This document shows, piece after piece, positions 54,394-54,979 of a stretch of 54,979 nt of DNA (the stretch's first letter is position 1; each line of letters begins with the position of its first letter). The stretch is taken from assembly GCA_031393885.1 (NCBI GenBank), contig JANMWG010000286.1:1-54979 (forward strand), in the 5' to 3' direction. Below the pieces are notes generated by a model, which made no database searches, was not told the DNA's origin, and saw nothing but the letters and a program-made list of their open reading frames with translations. This DNA comes from Betaproteobacteria bacterium. Lineage in GTDB: Bacteria > Pseudomonadota > Gammaproteobacteria > Burkholderiales > Ga0077523. The position numbers and the translations under genes were made by a program.

Positions 54394-54979
54394 TGCGCGC
54401 GCCTGCCCACATCGTCGCCGCAATCGCGCTCCTGCTGGCCGCGGTGCCGGGCTTCGCGCAGCAGGCCGGCAAGGCCGTTACCGTGACCGGCGTGGTCTCG
54501 ATCGAACGTCCGGATGGGGTCGTGCGCCTGGCCGCACCAGGCGCCGCGCTGGCGGCGGGCGAGACGGTGCGCACCGAAGCGGCGAGCCAGGCGCGACTCG
54601 ATCTCGCCGATGGCACGCAGATCGCGATCCGGCCGTCGAGCGCGTTCAAGCTCGAACGCTACCGGTTCGCGGTCGATCGCCCGGCCGAAGACAACGTCGC
54701 GCTGCGTCTGCTCAAGGGCGGACTGCGCACACTGACCGGCCTGATCGGCAAGCGCAAGCCGACGGCGTTCGAGTTCAGCACCACCACCGCCACCATCGGC
54801 GTGCGCGGCACCGACTTTGTCGCGCGGCTGTGTGGCGACGATTGTGCGGTCGAGAACAAGCGCGTCGCCGGCGCCCCTGTGCCGCCGGCACCGAACTACG
54901 CCGGCAAGGTGTTTTCGCTCAACGGAACCTTGCGGGCGGCGCGCACCGGCGGTGTGGTCGCGCTCAAGGCTGGCGACAC
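54393..54979 (+). CDS. Secreted FecR-domain protein, 5' part; the gene continues past the window end
   Basis: Not in the ORF track because it has no stop before the window end. The ATG at 54393 shares its A with the tpsA TGA (TGATG). My translation reads MRAPAHIVAAIALLLAAVPGFAQQAGKAVTVTGVVSIERPDGVVRLAAPGAALAAGETVRTEAASQARLDLADGTQIAIRPSSAFKLERYRF...VALRLLKGGLRTLTG...TTATIGVRGTDFVARL... and has no stop for 195 codons. This follows the FecR (PF04773) pattern. Confidence 0.75.
   Translation, partial: MRAPAHIVAAIALLLAAVPGFAQQAGKAVTVTGVVSIERPDGVVRLAAPGAALAAGETVRTEAASQARLDLADGTQIAIRPSSAFKLERYRFAVDRPAEDNVALRLLKGGLRTLTGLIGKRKPTAFEFSTTTATIGVRGTDFVARLCGDDCAVENKRVAGAPVPPAPNYAGKVFSLNGTLRAARTGGVVALKAGD

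Noticed and set aside
47527-54979. Contact-dependent inhibition (CdiB/CdiA/CdiI) interpretation of the TPS locus
   Set aside because: I found no VENN/pretoxin boundary or recognisable toxin domain in the TpsA C-terminus. The downstream ORF has a signal peptide and a FecR-type domain rather than being a small cytoplasmic immunity protein. The gene order tpsB-tpsA alone is not diagnostic.

Overview
High-GC (roughly 65%) proteobacterial chromosome segment. Its gene order, especially def-fmt-rsmB-DUF4390-ntrY-ntrX, suggests a betaproteobacterium, though this is only an inference. The window spans the replication-origin neighbourhood. From left to right it holds a minus-strand block (tsaC fragment, purC-purK-purE, pyk-pgk-gap-glk, ntrX-ntrY-DUF4390-rsmB-fmt-def), then a plus-strand LysM-dprA-topB block, then minus-strand gyrB-dnaN-dnaA. 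After the divergence from dnaA, the plus strand carries rpmH-rnpA-yidD-yidC-mnmE, two parS sites, mnmG-rsmG-parA-parB and the complete atpIBEFHAGDC operon. The last ~14 kb is the only accessory-looking part. It contains an M20 peptidase, a fused MdcD/MdcE-like carboxyltransferase and malonyl-CoA synthetase (matB), followed by a YpfJ-like metallopeptidase. It ends with a two-partner secretion pair (tpsB plus a 2288-aa tpsA). The tpsA passenger carries about 18 copies of an unusual ~62-aa repeat, and its stop codon overlaps the start of a secreted FecR-domain gene that runs off the window. I consider this TPS+FecR unit the best candidate for an uncharacterised system. I saw no rRNA, tRNA, CRISPR array, IS element or prophage. 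The many long ORFs lying antisense to the genes above are typical high-GC shadow ORFs.
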